From an uncultured Gemmatimonadaceae bacterium (GTDB lineage Bacteria; Gemmatimonadota; Gemmatimonadetes; Gemmatimonadales; Gemmatimonadaceae), in the NCBI GenBank assembly GCA_963817955.1, contig CAWFQK010000004.1:192001-256000 (forward strand): 64,000 bases of DNA. The letters run 5' to 3'. Positions 61,833 to 64,000 of this stretch are shown in pieces. The notes below the pieces were generated by a model that searched no databases, was not told the DNA's origin, and saw nothing but the letters and a program-made list of their open reading frames with translations. The translations under genes and the position numbers were made by a program. Numbering within the stretch: the stretch's first letter is position 1; every line of letters starts with the position of its first letter.

Positions 61833-64000
61833 GGGCTGCGGCGAGGCGTGCGATTGGAACGCGGTAGGGAGAACATGATACGTAATCGAGGCCGATCGAG
61901 TGACAGAACTTCACAGAGCGCGGTTCGCCGCCATGTTCGCCGCAAATACCCACCTTCAATTGGGGGCGCACGCTCCGACCGGCAGATACCGCAATTCCAA
62001 TCAGCTTGCCAACACCGTTGCGATCAAGCACTTGGAACGGATCGTCGGGAAGTATACCACGATCTACGTAATTGGGTAGGAATCGGCCGGCATCGTCGCG
62101 ACTGAAACCAAATGTAGTCTGAGTTAAATCATTGGTGCCAAATGAAAAGAACTCCGCCTCCTGAGCGATCTCGTCCGCGGTCAGCGCGGCGCGAGGCAGC
62201 TCTATCATCGTGCCAATGGTATATGGCACGTCCTCTCCCATACCCCCGAGTACCTGATTCGCTACATCTTTCAAGATGGCCCGCTGGTGGTGGAACTCGG
62301 CCAGCGTGGACACCAGCGGCACCATGATCTCAGGACGGACATCCAGGCCTCTTCGTTTCGCCCGCACCGCGGCCTCGAAGATTGCCCGACCCTGCATCTC
62401 GGTGATTTCCGGGTAAGTAATACCCAAACGGCACCCGCGGTGCCCGAGCATCGGGTTGGTCTCGCGCAAAGACTCCACGATGCGGGACAGCTCAGCTCGC
62501 GGAATTCCGAGCGTTCGCGCCAAGAGCTTGCTTTCCTCGCCGCCGTGCGGCAGGAACTCGTGAAGTGGTGGGTCCAGCAGTCGGATATTGACCGGCAGCC
62601 CGTTCATCGCTTCGAAAATCCCCTCGAAATCGGCCCGTTGCATGGGGAGGAGCTTCGCGAGAGCGCGCCGCCGGCCCCCCTCATCGCGTGCAACGATCAT
62701 CTCGCGCATGGCCGTGATGCGATCGCCCTCGAAGAACATGTGTTCTGTACGGCAGAGGCCGATGCCCTCGGCGCCGAACGCCCGGGCAATGCGCGCGTCG
62801 TGCGGCGTGTCAGCGTTCGCGCGCACCTTGAGGCGGCGCAGGTCGTCCGCCCAATCCAGGACGCGAGCAAAGGTCTGGTAGGCGGGCGCGGACGCGGCGT
62901 CGCGCATCCCGCGAATGACCTGAACCACCTCGCTCGGCGTAGTCGGCAGGTCACCCTTGTATACGCGTCCGGTACCGCCGTCCAGGGTGATCCAATCGCC
63001 TTCCGCGATCACCGTATCTCCGACGTGGAAGCGCCTGTGCTCGAGATCGACCTCGATCTCCCTGCACCCGACGACAGCACATTTTCCCATGCCGCGCGCC
63101 ACGACAGCGGCGTGACTGGTCATGCCGCCGCGTGCCGTCAGGACGGCGCGCGCCGCGACAATCCCATGGAAGTCTTCCGGCGTCGTTTCATCACGAACCA
63201 GAATTACCTGGATGCCGCCGGCTGCACGCCGCTCGGCGGCGTCGGGATCGAAAACCGCTATACCGCTCGCCGCCCCCGGACTGGCAGGCAAACCTGTGCA
63301 CAGCGGAGTGGCGCGAACGCCACTATCAATGACCGGGTGCAGGAGCTGGTCGAGTTGCTCCGGCGCAACGCGCTGTACTGCCGTGTCCGTGGTGATGAGG
63401 CCTTCGTCCACCATGTCGGTGGCAATGCGGACAGCGGCCGCCGCCGTGCGTTTTCCCGTTCGCGTCTGCAGCAGAAAGAGTTGCCCGTGCTCGACGGTGA
63501 ACTCAATGTCTTGCATGTCGTGGTAGTGCTTCTCGAGGCGTTCCTCCGTTTGCCGCAGTTCCTTGTAGGATTCGGGCAGAAGATCCGCCATCTCCTCGAT
63601 GCTGAACGGCGTGCGAATGCCGGCGACAACGTCCTCTCCCTGTGCGTTGATGAGGAACTCGCCGTAGAACTTCCGCTCGCCGGTGGATGGATTCCGCGTG
63701 AACGCCACGCCGGTGCCAGAGTCAGCGCCAAGATTCCCGAACACCATTGAGACGATGTTGACGCCGGTGCCAAGATCCTCGGGAATGCTGTTCACGCGGC
63801 GATAATCCACCGCCTTCTTCAGCGTCCACGAGCGCCATACCGCCTCAATCGCGCCCCACAGCTGCGTCGTCGGGTCTATCGGGAAATCGGCGCCGGTAGC
63901 GCTGCGGACGAGCGACTTGTACTCCTCGACCAGATTGCGCAATACTCCCTCGTCCAGCTCCGCGTCAGTCTTCACGCCGGCCATGAGCCGTTTGGCGGAG
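61786..64000 (-). CDS. ppdK: pyruvate, phosphate dikinase (5' truncated by window)
   Basis: SGTGVAFTRNP, GGMTSHAAVVARG, GLCRTEHMF, FSFGTNDLTQ, GICGEHGG. Confidence 0.97.
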   Translation of the reverse strand, partial: SAKRLMAGVKTDAELDEGVLRNLVEEYKSLVRSATGADFPIDPTTQLWGAIEAVWRSWTLKKAVDYRRVNSIPEDLGTGVNIVSMVFGNLGADSGTGVAFTRNPSTGERKFYGEFLINAQGEDVVAGIRTPFSIEEMADLLPESYKELRQTEERLEKHYHDMQDIEFTVEHGQLFLLQTRTGKRTAAAAVRIATDMVDEGLITTDTAVQRVAPEQLDQLLHPVIDSGVRATPLCTGLPASPGAASGIAVFDPDAAERRAAGGIQVILVRDETTPEDFHGIVAARAVLTARGGMTSHAAVVARGMGKCAVVGCREIEVDLEHRRFHVGDTVIAEGDWITLDGGTGRVYKGDLPTTPSEVVQVIRGMRDAASAPAYQTFARVLDWADDLRRLKVRANADTPHDARIARAFGAEGIGLCRTEHMFFEGDRITAMREMIVARDEGGRRRALAKLLPMQRADFEGIFEAMNGLPVNIRLLDPPLHEFLPHGGEESKLLARTLGIPRAELSRIVESLRETNPMLGHRGCRLGITYPEITEMQGRAIFEAAVRAKRRGLDVRPEIMVPLVSTLAEFHHQRAILKDVANQVLGGMGEDVPYTIGTMIELPRAALTADEIAQEAEFFSFGTNDLTQTTFGFSRDDAGRFLPNYVDRGILPDDPFQVLDRNGVGKLIGIAVSAGRSVRPQLKVGICGEHGGEPRSVKFCHSIGLDYVSCSPYRVPIARLAAAHAALESSVSDKARTS

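Overview
GC-rich bacterial chromosomal window. Gene content and protein style suggest Gemmatimonadota; this is inference only. Most of it is conserved housekeeping DNA: dapB(part)-dapA-dapD-aroA-cmk-rpsA; an acyl-CoA carboxylase cluster; pstSCABB-phoU with a divergent second pstS and a porin; rplM-rpsI-rpsB-tsf-pyrH-frr-cdsA-dxr-rseP; rpsO-pnp; ald; mreBCD-mrdA-rodA-accD-folC-hisS-proS-lysA-guaA; dusB-larB-GGDEF; tmRNA; a GT4/deacetylase/flippase-like trio; and ppdK(part). Three accessory patches stand out. (1) 6064-6900 is a non-coding element bounded by ~145-bp imperfect inverted repeats, with a CGCGG motif recurring every 20-22 nt inside. (2) 12600-15690 is a block of hypothetical, DUF1643, DUF6624 and nuclease-like genes with heptamer repeats. 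(3) 50610-54300 holds an IS481-family element, an alpha-helical hypothetical gene and, directly upstream of that gene, 42 exactly phased degenerate 21-nt units. The 21-nt array with its adjacent gene, and the IR-bounded ~20.6-nt periodic element, are the best candidates for undescribed systems. Both periods are about two helical turns of DNA. No CRISPR array, rRNA or tRNA gene was seen.
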